A stretch of DNA of 64,000 bases from an uncultured Candidatus Saccharibacteria bacterium (GTDB lineage: Bacteria > Patescibacteriota > Minisyncoccia > Phycocordibacterales > XYD1-FULL-46-19), in assembly GCA_964510655.1 (NCBI GenBank), contig CAZEAY010000003.1, forward strand, positions 18,924 through 82,923, written 5' to 3'. The notes under the pieces were generated by a model, which was given only the letters and a program-made list of their open reading frames with translations, ran no database searches and was not told the DNA's origin. Shown piece by piece: positions 20,405 to 29,630 of the stretch. The translations under genes were made by a program, and so were the position numbers. Position 1 is the stretch's first letter. Each line of letters starts with the position of its first letter.

Positions 20405-21577
20405 TTATTTTCTTAATACTCCATCTATCAATTGAGCTAATTTTATCATATCTTTTTCCTTTTTCCCTCGAGTGGTTTCCCCGGCCGTGCCAATACGCAA
20501 ACCAGATGGGTCAAACGGACTACGAGTATCAAAAGGAATAGTGTTCATATTTACAATAATTCCCGCTTTCTCTAACTTACCACTCGCTTCCTTACCACTG
20601 ATCCCCTTCCCCTCCATCCAAGTATCCATTAGAAACAAATGAGAATCTGTTCCTCCAGAAATTATTCTCCAGCCAATTTTTTTTAGTTCAGCCGCTAAGG
20701 TTTTTGTATTAACGATAATTTGTTTGGCGTATTTTTTAAACTCTGGCTTAGTGGCTTCATTTAGAGCGACGGCCACTGCCGCAATTTGATTCATATGGGG
20801 TCCACCCTGCAACCCCGGGAAAATTGCTTTATCAATCTTCTTACCCAATTCCCGTTGATCTATTTTTGAAAAAATTAGAGCCGACCGTGGTCCACGAAGT
20901 GTTTTATGAGTGGTAGTGGTCACAATATCGGCATAAGGAAAGGGCGATGGATAAACACCCCCAGCAATTAGCCCAGCCAGATGAGACATATCTACCATCA
21001 GATACGCCCCTACTGCATCAGCAATCGCCCGAAACTTTTTCCAATCAATCTTTCGGGGATAAGCGGTAAAACCCGCCACAATTATATTTGGTTTTTCCTT
21101 TTTTGCTTGAGTCATTAGAGCGTCATAGTCTAACATTTCGGTTTTTTTATCTACCTCATATAAAACAGATTCCCAAAATTTGCCAGTCGCCGAAACTTTT
21201 TGACCATGAGTCAGATGCCCGCCATGAGGCAAACTCATGCCCATAATTTTCCCACCCAACGGGACCAAGCCCAGATAAACGGCCAAATTGGCTGGTGATC
21301 CAGACAAGGCTTGAACATTCACCTGCCATTTAGCAGGAGATAATTTAAAAGCCTTAAGAGCGCGCTTCTGGCACAATAATTCAACTTTGTCAGTCACTTC
21401 ATTACCGCCATAATAGCGCTTGGCTGGGTACCCTTCAGAATATTTATTGACGAGTTTCGTTCCCAGGGCTTTTAAAACGTCATCGGAAACATAGTTTTCT
21501 GAAGCAATAAGATTTATCACCTTTTTTTGTCGAGCATCCTCAAGTTTAATCAATTTTTCAATTTCTTTGTCTTTCAT
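20405..21577 (-). CDS. glyA: Serine hydroxymethyltransferase
   Basis: LIASEN, EGYP..RYYGG, GGHLTHG, TTTTHKTLRGPR, FPGLQGGP. Confidence 0.99.
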   Translation of the reverse strand: MKDKEIEKLIKLEDARQKKVINLIASENYVSDDVLKALGTKLVNKYSEGYPAKRYYGGNEVTDKVELLCQKRALKAFKLSPAKWQVNVQALSGSPANLAVYLGLVPLGGKIMGMSLPHGGHLTHGQKVSATGKFWESVLYEVDKKTEMLDYDALMTQAKKEKPNIIVAGFTAYPRKIDWKKFRAIADAVGAYLMVDMSHLAGLIAGGVYPSPFPYADIVTTTTHKTLRGPRSALIFSKIDQRELGKKIDKAIFPGLQGGPHMNQIAAVAVALNEATKPEFKKYAKQIIVNTKTLAAELKKIGWRIISGGTDSHLFLMDTWMEGKGISGKEASGKLEKAGIIVNMNTIPFDTRSPFDPSGLRIGTAGETTRGKKEKDMIKLAQLIDGVLRK

Positions 21578-21581
21578 GTTT

Positions 21582-22271
21582 TTACCTAATTACCTTTTTA
21601 ATTACCTGGTAGACCAACTCATGAATTTTTTCTTTCGGTAAAATATTGCCAGACAAAGAACAATCGATTTTCTTCCAACGATTCCCTTTTTGCACAATCT
21701 CAATAGCGTTGGCCCGAGATTTTTCCAAATGGAGACGATCATTTTCCGCCTGATCTTTTTTTCCTTTTAAATATTTTTTCTTTTTAGCTTGATCTTTTAA
21801 TATTAATAGCTTCTGAGTAATTTCAATGGGGACGTCTAAAAACACAATCAAATTTGGCCTAGGAATATCAAACACTCCATATTCCATTTTATCCAACCAC
21901 CGTAAAAACTCTTTTCTCTTAATAAGATTAGAGATCTTACTCCCCTGATGAATTTGATTAGAACTTACGTAACGATCAGCCAGAACGATATAGCCTTCCG
22001 TAAGCCACTTTTTTATTTCTTTAGACGATTCAAAGCGATCAGCGGCATATAAAACAGAAGCGATATGTGGATCCAGGGCGATAAAATCACCATAATCCCC
22101 CACTAAACACTCTCCGATTAATTTCCCAAAAAAGTTTTTATCATAACGGGGAAAATCGATCTTTTTGACTTTATACCCATCTTTTTTTAAACGCTTCTCA
22201 AGTAATGACGTTTGAGTTGCCTTTCCAGAACCATCAGTACCATCTATTACAATAAATTTTCCCTTAATCAT
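21582..22271 (-). CDS. tmk: Thymidylate kinase
   Basis: GKFIVIDGTDGSGK.TQ, LYAADR, DRYV.SN. Confidence 0.92.
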   Translation of the reverse strand: MIKGKFIVIDGTDGSGKATQTSLLEKRLKKDGYKVKKIDFPRYDKNFFGKLIGECLVGDYGDFIALDPHIASVLYAADRFESSKEIKKWLTEGYIVLADRYVSSNQIHQGSKISNLIKRKEFLRWLDKMEYGVFDIPRPNLIVFLDVPIEITQKLLILKDQAKKKKYLKGKKDQAENDRLHLEKSRANAIEIVQKGNRWKKIDCSLSGNILPKEKIHELVYQVIKKVIR

Positions 22272-22277
22272 GTTTAT

Positions 22278-23570
22278 TTATTTCTTCTCTAAAAGAGTTT
22301 GCATACCTCTTCGGACGTCCCAGTCATCTAGAGAACGATCAACATGAACAACTATATCAGGTAATAATTTTTTTAGTTTGTCGGCCATCTTATGCGCAAT
22401 TTTCCGTAGTGTCGGATGAACCATTTTACCAGACCGAAGTTCTATCACATAAACAGCGGCAGGTAGACCATAAGAAACTTTGCAGGTAACATTAAAGCCC
22501 ATCGCAATATAATATTGCAATTCTTCTTTTGTTGCCTTAAGCTTTTTTATCGCCGAAATTTGTTCTCTAATAAGTTTCTCGGCCTCCCCCCTCACCTTAG
22601 CAGGCAACTGTTCCAAATACCATTCATTAAAGCCATATTTGGTGGTAAGTAATGGCATCCGACAAACTCCATTTCGGTGTCTTTGAACATCACGAAAAGA
22701 ACCGAAATCAAGCAAAAACTCAAAAGAAACATTACCTAATTCCGACAAAAAATGCGGCAAACCAATTTTTTGTGGACGTTTTTTAATAACAGTCAGATAT
22801 TTTTTTAATTCTTCTTTTTTAATATTAGTCTTACCAAAAAAATCTCCGGCATAGTTTTTATCCAAAAAGTAATTATATTTTTCCAATAAAAATTTCCGAT
22901 AATTTTCCTGTTCGGGAACAGAAACATGACTAAAGCTTTGTGGATATTTTGTCCTGAGTTCAGCTAAAATTTTCTCTGCCTCCATCCTAATTTCTTTTAA
23001 TGGATGATGTTTTAATAAGACCAATTTATCATGAGCCTGTCTGAGGTTAGTATGCCAACTGTGTTGAGTGGTAATACCAGCCGGGAGAAACCCGCGCAAA
23101 GAATCAAATACTCGTGCCTTGATTGCTCGCCCATACATCCCCTCATCTTCATCAGGTTTCTTGGGGTATTTAGCCATCAAATGTTCCTCCATGGCCGATT
23201 GACTACCGATATAAAACTTCATCCATTTATCCAAAATCCCTTTAGATTCTTTTGTTTTGACCGGATCAATCACGGGCTGTTTAGAATAATCTATATAACG
23301 AGAGCTCGTCTCCTGACCAGAAAAAAGCGGCCAATCTTCAACCGCTTTAGCCGCCAGCATCGAGACACCCTCTAAAAAAATGGTGGTACTTCCACAGTCG
23401 GCAATACTCGCATGACCATAACCAACATAAAATTTTTCCATAAATTTACCGGACCCCGAAGCTCGAACCTTTTGAGCGTGTTCCTCGACACTGGCTCCAC
23501 TACGTGAATACAAGGCTTGCATCATAGCGGTATCTTGAGGACTAAATTCGTCGTAAATAAATACTTTCAT
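22278..23570 (-). CDS. thyX: FAD-dependent thymidylate synthase (large, two-domain ThyX)
   Basis: ALYSRS, GYGHASIAD, SSRY, DFGSFRDVQRHR, YVIELRS. Confidence 0.88.
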   Translation of the reverse strand: MKVFIYDEFSPQDTAMMQALYSRSGASVEEHAQKVRASGSGKFMEKFYVGYGHASIADCGSTTIFLEGVSMLAAKAVEDWPLFSGQETSSRYIDYSKQPVIDPVKTKESKGILDKWMKFYIGSQSAMEEHLMAKYPKKPDEDEGMYGRAIKARVFDSLRGFLPAGITTQHSWHTNLRQAHDKLVLLKHHPLKEIRMEAEKILAELRTKYPQSFSHVSVPEQENYRKFLLEKYNYFLDKNYAGDFFGKTNIKKEELKKYLTVIKKRPQKIGLPHFLSELGNVSFEFLLDFGSFRDVQRHRNGVCRMPLLTTKYGFNEWYLEQLPAKVRGEAEKLIREQISAIKKLKATKEELQYYIAMGFNVTCKVSYGLPAAVYVIELRSGKMVHPTLRKIAHKMADKLKKLLPDIVVHVDRSLDDWDVRRGMQTLLEKK

Positions 23571-23576
23571 AGAAAA

Positions 23577-24134
23577 CTATTTAGCTAATAAGGAATTAAC
23601 AACTTTATCAACTTGAGAATAAAGAGAATCCAAACCAAAACTATTGTCTATTGTCAAATTGGTTTCTTTCATAACAATCGGAACTTCTCGATCGGCTTCA
23701 GCTTCATGATCAGCTAAAAACTGTTCATAACTCTTATCTTCATCTCCCTCATTTTCCCGACGAGAAACAAGGCGTTCGTAGCGGATTTTTGGGAGAGCAT
23801 CAATTGCGACCAAATAAAAATTTGACATGTCCTTTAAATATTTAATGTCCGCCAAACGTCGAACCCCATCAATGACAACAATCTCGGCTTCCAAATTTTT
23901 TGCATCCCCAACAATTACTCGAGCCAATAAATCTTCCCCAAAAGTCTGACGCAAGACAGTAGAAACCTTTTGCAGGTTTTCTCGATTAATAGGAGTCTCA
24001 ATTCTGGTCAAAACATCGCGCAAAATGGTTGAAAAACGACAATCTTTAGCCTGATATTGGTCTTCAATATATTTCTTCACTGTCCCCTTTCCACTAGCGA
24101 TTGGTCCTACGAGACCAAGAATAATTTTGGCCAT
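23577..24134 (-). CDS. P-loop nucleotide kinase (dephospho-CoA kinase-like)
   Basis: GLVGPIASGKGT, VIDGVRR, RYERL..R..R. Confidence 0.75.
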   Translation of the reverse strand: MAKIILGLVGPIASGKGTVKKYIEDQYQAKDCRFSTILRDVLTRIETPINRENLQKVSTVLRQTFGEDLLARVIVGDAKNLEAEIVVIDGVRRLADIKYLKDMSNFYLVAIDALPKIRYERLVSRRENEGDEDKSYEQFLADHEAEADREVPIVMKETNLTIDNSFGLDSLYSQVDKVVNSLLAK

Positions 24135-24136
24135 TG

Positions 24137-24625
24137 TTATTTTTCTCGAACAAAAGAAGCTGATAAATACTGCCTCATTTTAACTCCCGCTAGTTTTAAT
24201 AGTCGCCGTCCAGACCGAAAGGCTGGCAAGTCAGCATACTTATCACTTTCATAAATCACTTCTTTAATCCCCGTCTGAATAATTGTTTTAGCACACTCAT
24301 TACATGGGAAAAGAGTGCAGTATAGCTTATCACCCTTTGTCTCTCGATTAGAATTATAAATGGCATTTTCTTCCGCATGACAAACATAAGCATACTTTGT
24401 TTTGTCAAAGTCACCCTCTCTTTCCCAAGGAAGTTCATCAGCATTGATTCCTCGCGGCCAACCATTGTAACCCAAACCAACTACCACATTATCAGGAGTA
24501 GCCACCACCGCTCCATTTTGAGTCGAGGGATCCTTAGAGCGCAGAGCGATGACGTGAGCCATCCGCATAAAACATTCATCCCAAGAAATAACATCTGATC
24601 GGGGTTTTATTCTTGTATTTTTCAT
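24137..24625 (-). CDS. dCMP deaminase
   Basis: SWDE.FM, RSKDP.TQ.GA, GYNG, HAEENAI, PCNEC zinc motifs. Confidence 0.95.
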   Translation of the reverse strand: MKNTRIKPRSDVISWDECFMRMAHVIALRSKDPSTQNGAVVATPDNVVVGLGYNGWPRGINADELPWEREGDFDKTKYAYVCHAEENAIYNSNRETKGDKLYCTLFPCNECAKTIIQTGIKEVIYESDKYADLPAFRSGRRLLKLAGVKMRQYLSASFVREK

Positions 24626-24713
24626 ATAATTAGTAAAATTATATCTTAACTACCATTAAACAAAAAGTAGCGACAAAAACGATCTTTCGTGTCAAAATTT
24701 AGATTTTTTACAC

Positions 24714-24741
24714 AAAAAAACCGCCTTCTTGGCGGTTTTTT
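24714..24741 (-). terminator. Terminator directly after rplK
   Basis: AAAAAACCGCC-TTCTT-GGCGGTTTTTT. Confidence 0.75.
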
Positions 24742-24756
24742 GTTGTCTTAGGTTTC

Positions 24757-25179
24757 TTATTTCACCTCTACCCCCATCGATCGAGCAGTGCCTTCAACGG
24801 TCTTCATCGCGGCCTCAACCGAAGCTGCATTTAAATCAGGCATTTTGCGCTCGGCAATTTCTTTCACTTGAGCCTTAGTAATTTTACCAACCTTAGAGGT
24901 TAAGTTTTTACCGGAACCCTTCTCAATTCCCACCGCCTTCATAATCAAGTTAGCCACTGGTGGAGTCTTTAGAATAAAATCAAAGGTGCGATCGGCATAA
25001 ACAGAAATTTCGACAGGAATAATATCCCCCATCATCGAGGCGGTAGCGGCATTGAATTTCTGAACGAAATCACCAATGTTCACTCCAGCCTGACCCAAAG
25101 CAGGACCAATAGGAGGAGCTGGATTAGCCTTACCTCCGGGAATTTGTAATTTAATTTTCTTTTCTACTTTTTTTGCCAT
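24757..25179 (-). CDS. rplK: 50S ribosomal protein uL11
   Basis: [31 protein letters not shown]. Confidence 0.99.
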   Translation of the reverse strand: MAKKVEKKIKLQIPGGKANPAPPIGPALGQAGVNIGDFVQKFNAATASMMGDIIPVEISVYADRTFDFILKTPPVANLIMKAVGIEKGSGKNLTSKVGKITKAQVKEIAERKMPDLNAASVEAAMKTVEGTARSMGVEVK

Positions 25180-25238
25180 ATTGTTTATTTATTGAATTGC
25201 GGTCCTTAAGAAGCTTCGTCCCGCCCTGATATCCTACC

Positions 25239-25784
25239 TTAGATCTTCTTTACCTGCAAGAAATCTAGCTCTACCGGTGTCTCGCGACCAAACATTGAAA
25301 CCAATACTTTAACCTTGCCTCGCTCATCATCAATTTCATTAACCTTACCCTCAAAATCCTTAAATGGTCCATCGACGATAGTAACAGATTCTCCGGAAGC
25401 CAAATCAATCTTGTGCTTAACGGTATCCTCACCCATTCGTTTGAATAATTCGCGAATTTCCGATTCATCGAGAGGAACTGGGATTACTCCCGCCCCAATA
25501 AATCCCGTTACACGTGGTGTGTTACGGACAACATACCAAGAATCATCGGTAACAATCATATCAACCAACACATAACCGGGATAAATTTTTTCTTCAGTCA
25601 TTACCCGTTTACCGGCTTTAATTTTTACCTTCTTCTCAATCGGAACGATTACATTAAAAATCTTATCCTCCATTCCTAAGGACTCAATACGCTGTTTTAG
25701 GTTTCTAGCTACTGCATTTTCATAGCCCGAATAAGTATGAATTGCATACCAATTTCGGCCCTGATCTAGTTCTTGTCTTGCCAT
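25239..25784 (-). CDS. nusG: Transcription factor NusG
   Basis: WYAIHTYSGYE, PGYVLV, VTGFIG, KOW DGPF..F.G, FGRETPVEL. Confidence 0.99.
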   Translation of the reverse strand: MARQELDQGRNWYAIHTYSGYENAVARNLKQRIESLGMEDKIFNVIVPIEKKVKIKAGKRVMTEEKIYPGYVLVDMIVTDDSWYVVRNTPRVTGFIGAGVIPVPLDESEIRELFKRMGEDTVKHKIDLASGESVTIVDGPFKDFEGKVNEIDDERGKVKVLVSMFGRETPVELDFLQVKKI

Positions 25785-25803
25785 AATGTTTTATAACGAG
25801 GAA

Positions 25804-25983
25804 TTAAATGACAAACATTTTTAATAGTGAAGTGAAGATAAAGTCAAAAAAGCCCAACATCACACCCACAAAGACAGCCAGACAAACAACGACAATAGTG
25901 AAATTTATCGTCTGCTGCTTACTTGGCCAAGTAACATGTTTCAACTCTCCTTTAGTGTCTTTAATGTATGTTTCCAAACTCAT
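25804..25983 (-). CDS. secE: Preprotein translocase subunit SecE
   Basis: ELKHVTWPS plus one TM; secE-nusG-rplK order; start re-placed at MSLETY. Confidence 0.95.
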   Translation of the reverse strand: MSLETYIKDTKGELKHVTWPSKQQTINFTIVVVCLAVFVGVMLGFFDFIFTSLLKMFVI

Positions 25984-26098
25984 ATGATTAGTTTTAATTT
26001 TATCTCCTCTAAAAAAAGCCCCGAGGGGCACTTGTTATAATCATAGGCTAAAAGACCTATTTTGTCAATGTGAAAATTATGAATTTATTTAAACCCTT

Positions 26099-27250
26099 TT
26101 ATTTAATAACCTCGGCGATCTTAGACACGATATTTTTATCAAAAGGGTTAGGGAGAACATGTTCAGGACTAAGTTCTTCGACACAGGCCGCCAAACTCTC
26201 GGCCGCCCGCAAAAACATCTCATCAGTAAACTGCTTAATATGATTATCCAGCGCTCCTCGAAAAATGCCGGGAAAAGCTAAGACATTGTTTATTTGGTTA
26301 GGAAAATCTGACCGCCCCGTCGCCACTACAAAGGCCCCGGCCTTTTTTGCTAAGTCAGGCATAATTTCCGGAATAGGGTTAGCTAAAGCAAAAACAATCG
26401 GTCGCTCATTCATCGACCGAACCATATCTTCATCCACCAAATTACCTTTAGAGACTCCGATAAAAATATCTTTCCCCACCATCGCCTCTCTTAGAGTACC
26501 GGCTTCGGCTTGATAATCACCAACTTTCGATTCTAAATATGAAATTAATTTCAATTTTTCCTCATTCAAATCTCCCCTACTTTTACTAATGACTCCACCA
26601 CTATCACACAAGGTAAAAAACTTAAAACCATAGTCTGCCAAAATTTTTACAATCGCTGTCCCGGCAGCTCCCGCCCCATTTATGACAATTTTTGCTTCTT
26701 CTTTCTTTAAACCCCGCAACTTCAGTGAATTGATCAGACCGGCTAAAACAACAGTGGCCGTACCATGTTGATCATCATGCATGACAGGAATATTTAGTTC
26801 AGCCCGCAAACGGTCTTCTATTTCAAAGCAACGAGGCGCCGCAAAATCCTCCAAATTAATTCCTCCAAAAACTGGGGCAATATTTTTTATTGTCTGGATA
26901 ATCTCTTCATTGTTTTGAGTATCTAAACAAAGCGGAAAAGCATCAAGATCAGCAAACTCTTTAAAAAGAATCGCTTTACCCTCCATCACTGGAATCGCCC
27001 CCAAAGGACCAAGATTTCCTAAGCCTAAAACCGCTGAGCCATCAGAAATCACGGCAACCGTATTACTCTTCAAAGTCAGATTATAGGCCTCCTTAGGCTC
27101 GCGAGCGACTAGCTCGCTAGCCGCTCCAACCCCTGGTGTATAAGCCAGAGATAAATCATGCCGGTCTTTAACCAATACTTTGCTTTTTATTTCTAATTTT
27201 CCACGCCTCTCTCGATGTAAATCAATTGATTCTTGTTTAATGTCAGACAT
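26099..27250 (-). CDS. NAD(P)-dependent malic enzyme
   Basis: YTPGV, DGSAVLGLGN.G, PVMEGK, GGINLED, HDDQHGTA, GAGAAG, TGRSDFPNQINN. Confidence 0.96.
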   Translation of the reverse strand: MSDIKQESIDLHRERRGKLEIKSKVLVKDRHDLSLAYTPGVGAASELVAREPKEAYNLTLKSNTVAVISDGSAVLGLGNLGPLGAIPVMEGKAILFKEFADLDAFPLCLDTQNNEEIIQTIKNIAPVFGGINLEDFAAPRCFEIEDRLRAELNIPVMHDDQHGTATVVLAGLINSLKLRGLKKEEAKIVINGAGAAGTAIVKILADYGFKFFTLCDSGGVISKSRGDLNEEKLKLISYLESKVGDYQAEAGTLREAMVGKDIFIGVSKGNLVDEDMVRSMNERPIVFALANPIPEIMPDLAKKAGAFVVATGRSDFPNQINNVLAFPGIFRGALDNHIKQFTDEMFLRAAESLAACVEELSPEHVLPNPFDKNIVSKIAEVIK

Positions 27251-27418
27251 AAAAGCTATTTTATCACAAAACTCCTAAGAAACATTGAATAAAGACCATC
27301 AATAACCCGCTCTTTTTGGTGTGGATATCTTCAATGCTTTTAATTAGTGATGATAATATAATTAAATAGGACTGGAGGTTTTACCCTCCACTCCGATCTT
27401 TGACAAGGAGAGAGGACA

Positions 27419-27808
27419 ATGAAAAAGACCAAGGCCGTGGTTGTTGGTGTTTCGGCCCTAAATAAACACCTCCAAGCCCTGCAGGACTCGAGAAACCACG
27501 ATTACGAAAAAAATCGTCAGCGTGGTGAAGTTATCATCCGAGCCGCCACGGGCAATCCCCTCGTCTGGCGAGAACTCAAGGTGAACCAAGAGGCTCTCAC
27601 ACGACTAATCAGGGAGACCGCCAAAAGACGAGTCATCGGACTTTTGAGCTATTTGGAAACGAACAATAACATTCCAGCTGAATACCGCCAAGCGGACAGC
27701 CGTGAGATTTTACATATTATGGAAATGGAGAAACTAACCTATGGTGATGTCGGAAAAACCGAAGCAAGTTTCCTGGCTGTGGTTCGACACAAGATCCACC
27801 ACCAATAA
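27419..27808 (+). CDS. Orphan hypothetical protein (129 aa, SD-led cassette)
   Basis: AGGAGAGAGG before ATG, leader hairpin TGGAGG/CCTCCA, TATAAT promoter, terminator at 27832-27870. Confidence 0.65.
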   Translation: MKKTKAVVVGVSALNKHLQALQDSRNHDYEKNRQRGEVIIRAATGNPLVWRELKVNQEALTRLIRETAKRRVIGLLSYLETNNNIPAEYRQADSREILHIMEMEKLTYGDVGKTEASFLAVVRHKIHHQ

Positions 27809-27941
27809 CAACCAAACTCCTCTCACCAAATTGCTGGCCCTAATATCCAAAAAGGCCAGCATTTTTTATTTTTATAATTTTATAACTAAGCCTCAATATT
27901 TAGCCACATAAAAACCGGCATTTGCCGGTTTTTATTTTCTG

Positions 27942-28014
27942 GGTGTCCAGAGAGAATCGAACTCTCGTTATCGCTTCCACAAAGCGATGTCCTAACCGCT
28001 GGACGATGGACACC
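27942..28014 (-). tRNA. tRNA-His(GUG), G-1 encoded, CCA not encoded
   Basis: Cloverleaf G-GTGTCCA...TGGACAC-C; anticodon arm TCGCT-TTGTGGA-AGCGA; T loop TTCGATT. Confidence 0.95.
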
Positions 28015-28020
28015 ATATTT

Positions 28021-28521
28021 TTAAACAGAACCAACTGTAACCCGAAACCTCTCACTTTCCACCTTATCATGATGAACAAGATGATGACAATTATGGCACA
28101 GCCAAGCTAAATTATCAATTTTGTTATTTTTGTGATCCTTATCGATATGGTGGACCGCCAAGACCCTTTTATCTTTAAGACCACAAAGTTTGCAGACGGC
28201 AGGTATTTTATTCCTCAGTAATATACTCTTATATACATAGCCACCATTCTTCCAATTACCATGTTTTTCTCCAACAAATTCGGTATTTCTCCACTTTGTT
28301 TGACAACTCTTACTACAAAAAAATTTTCCACTTTTCGACCGTCCAAGCTGTTTAACTGTCTTATATGATATCTTGCCACAAACAAAACAGGGTTTTTCTT
28401 GTCCTGTCCGACTAGAAATATGCTGACATTTAGCTGAACAATACTTCCCTTTTCCGATTTTTACCCAATAAGGCTTGGTGTGAAATTCTTTAGAACAAAC
28501 ACTGCATAAAACACTGAGCAT
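28021..28521 (-). CDS. HNH endonuclease with two N-terminal Cys-rich zinc-finger repeats
   Basis: CSVC...YCSAKC, CFVC...FCSKSC, then CKLC...HHID....NN...NL..LC.NCH..H. Confidence 0.88.
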   Translation of the reverse strand: MLSVLCSVCSKEFHTKPYWVKIGKGKYCSAKCQHISSRTGQEKPCFVCGKISYKTVKQLGRSKSGKFFCSKSCQTKWRNTEFVGEKHGNWKNGGYVYKSILLRNKIPAVCKLCGLKDKRVLAVHHIDKDHKNNKIDNLAWLCHNCHHLVHHDKVESERFRVTVGSV

Positions 28522-28555
28522 AAACAAATCATACCAAAAATCAACTCAAGGTAAA

Positions 28556-28593
28556 ACCCAGCGACTGTGGATATATATCCACAGTCGCTGGGT
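28556..28593. repeat. Perfect 38-bp palindrome
   Basis: ACCCAGCGACTGTGGATAT|ATATCCACAGTCGCTGGGT. Confidence 0.9.
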
Positions 28594-28604
28594 AGATGTA
28601 ATGT

Positions 28605-29162
28605 TTAATAATGGGGATTCTCTTCTTTTACTCCCTTCTTGGTATTGGCAATTCGAGCCAAGGCATACAAGACTGATGACAAACGATTAAGATAAGACAG
28701 GGCCTCAGGTGAAACTACCAAATTCTCAGTCTGAGCTCTTACTACCGCCCGCTCGGTTCGTCTCGCAATTGTTCGAACGACATCAAAAAGAGAAGAGAGT
28801 TCAGTCCCACCGGGGATAATAAAACTCTTAATTGGTGGAATTTGCTTTTCAACACTATCAGTGACTAGCTCCAAAAAAGTTACCCGGGAAGCGGAAATTT
28901 TTTTATCAGCTCCCGCCAATTCAGCCTGGATAATAAAAAGATCCTGCTGAATTTCTGCCACTAAATCAGAAACAAGATTATCTTTATCGCCGACGAGAAA
29001 GGAAACTTCGTCAGTCCGACTTTTAGCTTTGCACAAACCCAAAAAAGAGTTGACTTCATCCATCGAACCAAGAGCTTCGGTCACCAAGGAGCTTTTAACA
29101 ATCCGGTTAGCACAACCAAAGGTCTTAGTTGTTCCGTCATCCCCTTTTCTCGTATAAAGCAT
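28605..29162 (-). CDS. PduO-type ATP:cob(I)alamin adenosyltransferase
   Basis: LYTRKGDDGTT, G.MDE.NS..G, IQQDLF, FIIPGG, R..ARR.ER, YLNRLS. Confidence 0.92.
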   Translation of the reverse strand: MLYTRKGDDGTTKTFGCANRIVKSSLVTEALGSMDEVNSFLGLCKAKSRTDEVSFLVGDKDNLVSDLVAEIQQDLFIIQAELAGADKKISASRVTFLELVTDSVEKQIPPIKSFIIPGGTELSSLFDVVRTIARRTERAVVRAQTENLVVSPEALSYLNRLSSVLYALARIANTKKGVKEENPHY

Positions 29163-29224
29163 AGGGGTAATATACCATAGTCCAAAAAAAATTCCACCCA
29201 AAGTATGGATGGAGATTAGTGGGC

Positions 29225-29536
29225 TCACCGATGACGATGTTTGCCAAAGAAATCTTGTGAATAAAGATCAGGTGCAGGCACCAATCCTCGCAAGAAATCC
29301 GGCTGAGAAGTCTCGATGCGGTGGTGGGGCTGAGGAGCCACAAGAATGGCAGTCCCTTTAGGTAAAGCAGCAGCCTTGGAAGAGGCACGGAATGTTCCGA
29401 GACTGTCTGCTGGCCGGGTTCCCCAATGCCGAAAACGTACCATGTTACAGGCCTGGGCCTCAGACACCGCCTGAGCCTGACCAATAAAAACATCATTCAA
29501 GTACACCTCCCAAGTCAAAACCGGGCGCTTGGCCAT
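29225..29536 (-). CDS. Orphan hypothetical protein (103 aa, SD-led cassette)
   Basis: AAGGAGG 5 nt before ATG; TTGACA-17-TATTAT upstream; GC-richer than flanks. Confidence 0.6.
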   Translation of the reverse strand: MAKRPVLTWEVYLNDVFIGQAQAVSEAQACNMVRFRHWGTRPADSLGTFRASSKAAALPKGTAILVAPQPHHRIETSQPDFLRGLVPAPDLYSQDFFGKHRHR

Positions 29537-29630
29537 GGAGACCTCCTTGGGAAAGATGACAGAATCCCTATCTGGATAATAAGATTAATTCTATAGACTG
29601 TCAATATCTTATCTGTCTCTATCTATTAAA

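Noticed and set aside
25195-25230. GCGG...CCGC hairpin in the rplK leader as an L1-binding site
   Set aside because: Could not be folded convincingly into the L1-binding kink motif by eye; needs a covariance-model test.
27922-28110. 62-aa + strand ORF
   Set aside because: Antisense to tRNA-His and the HNH gene; shadow frame.
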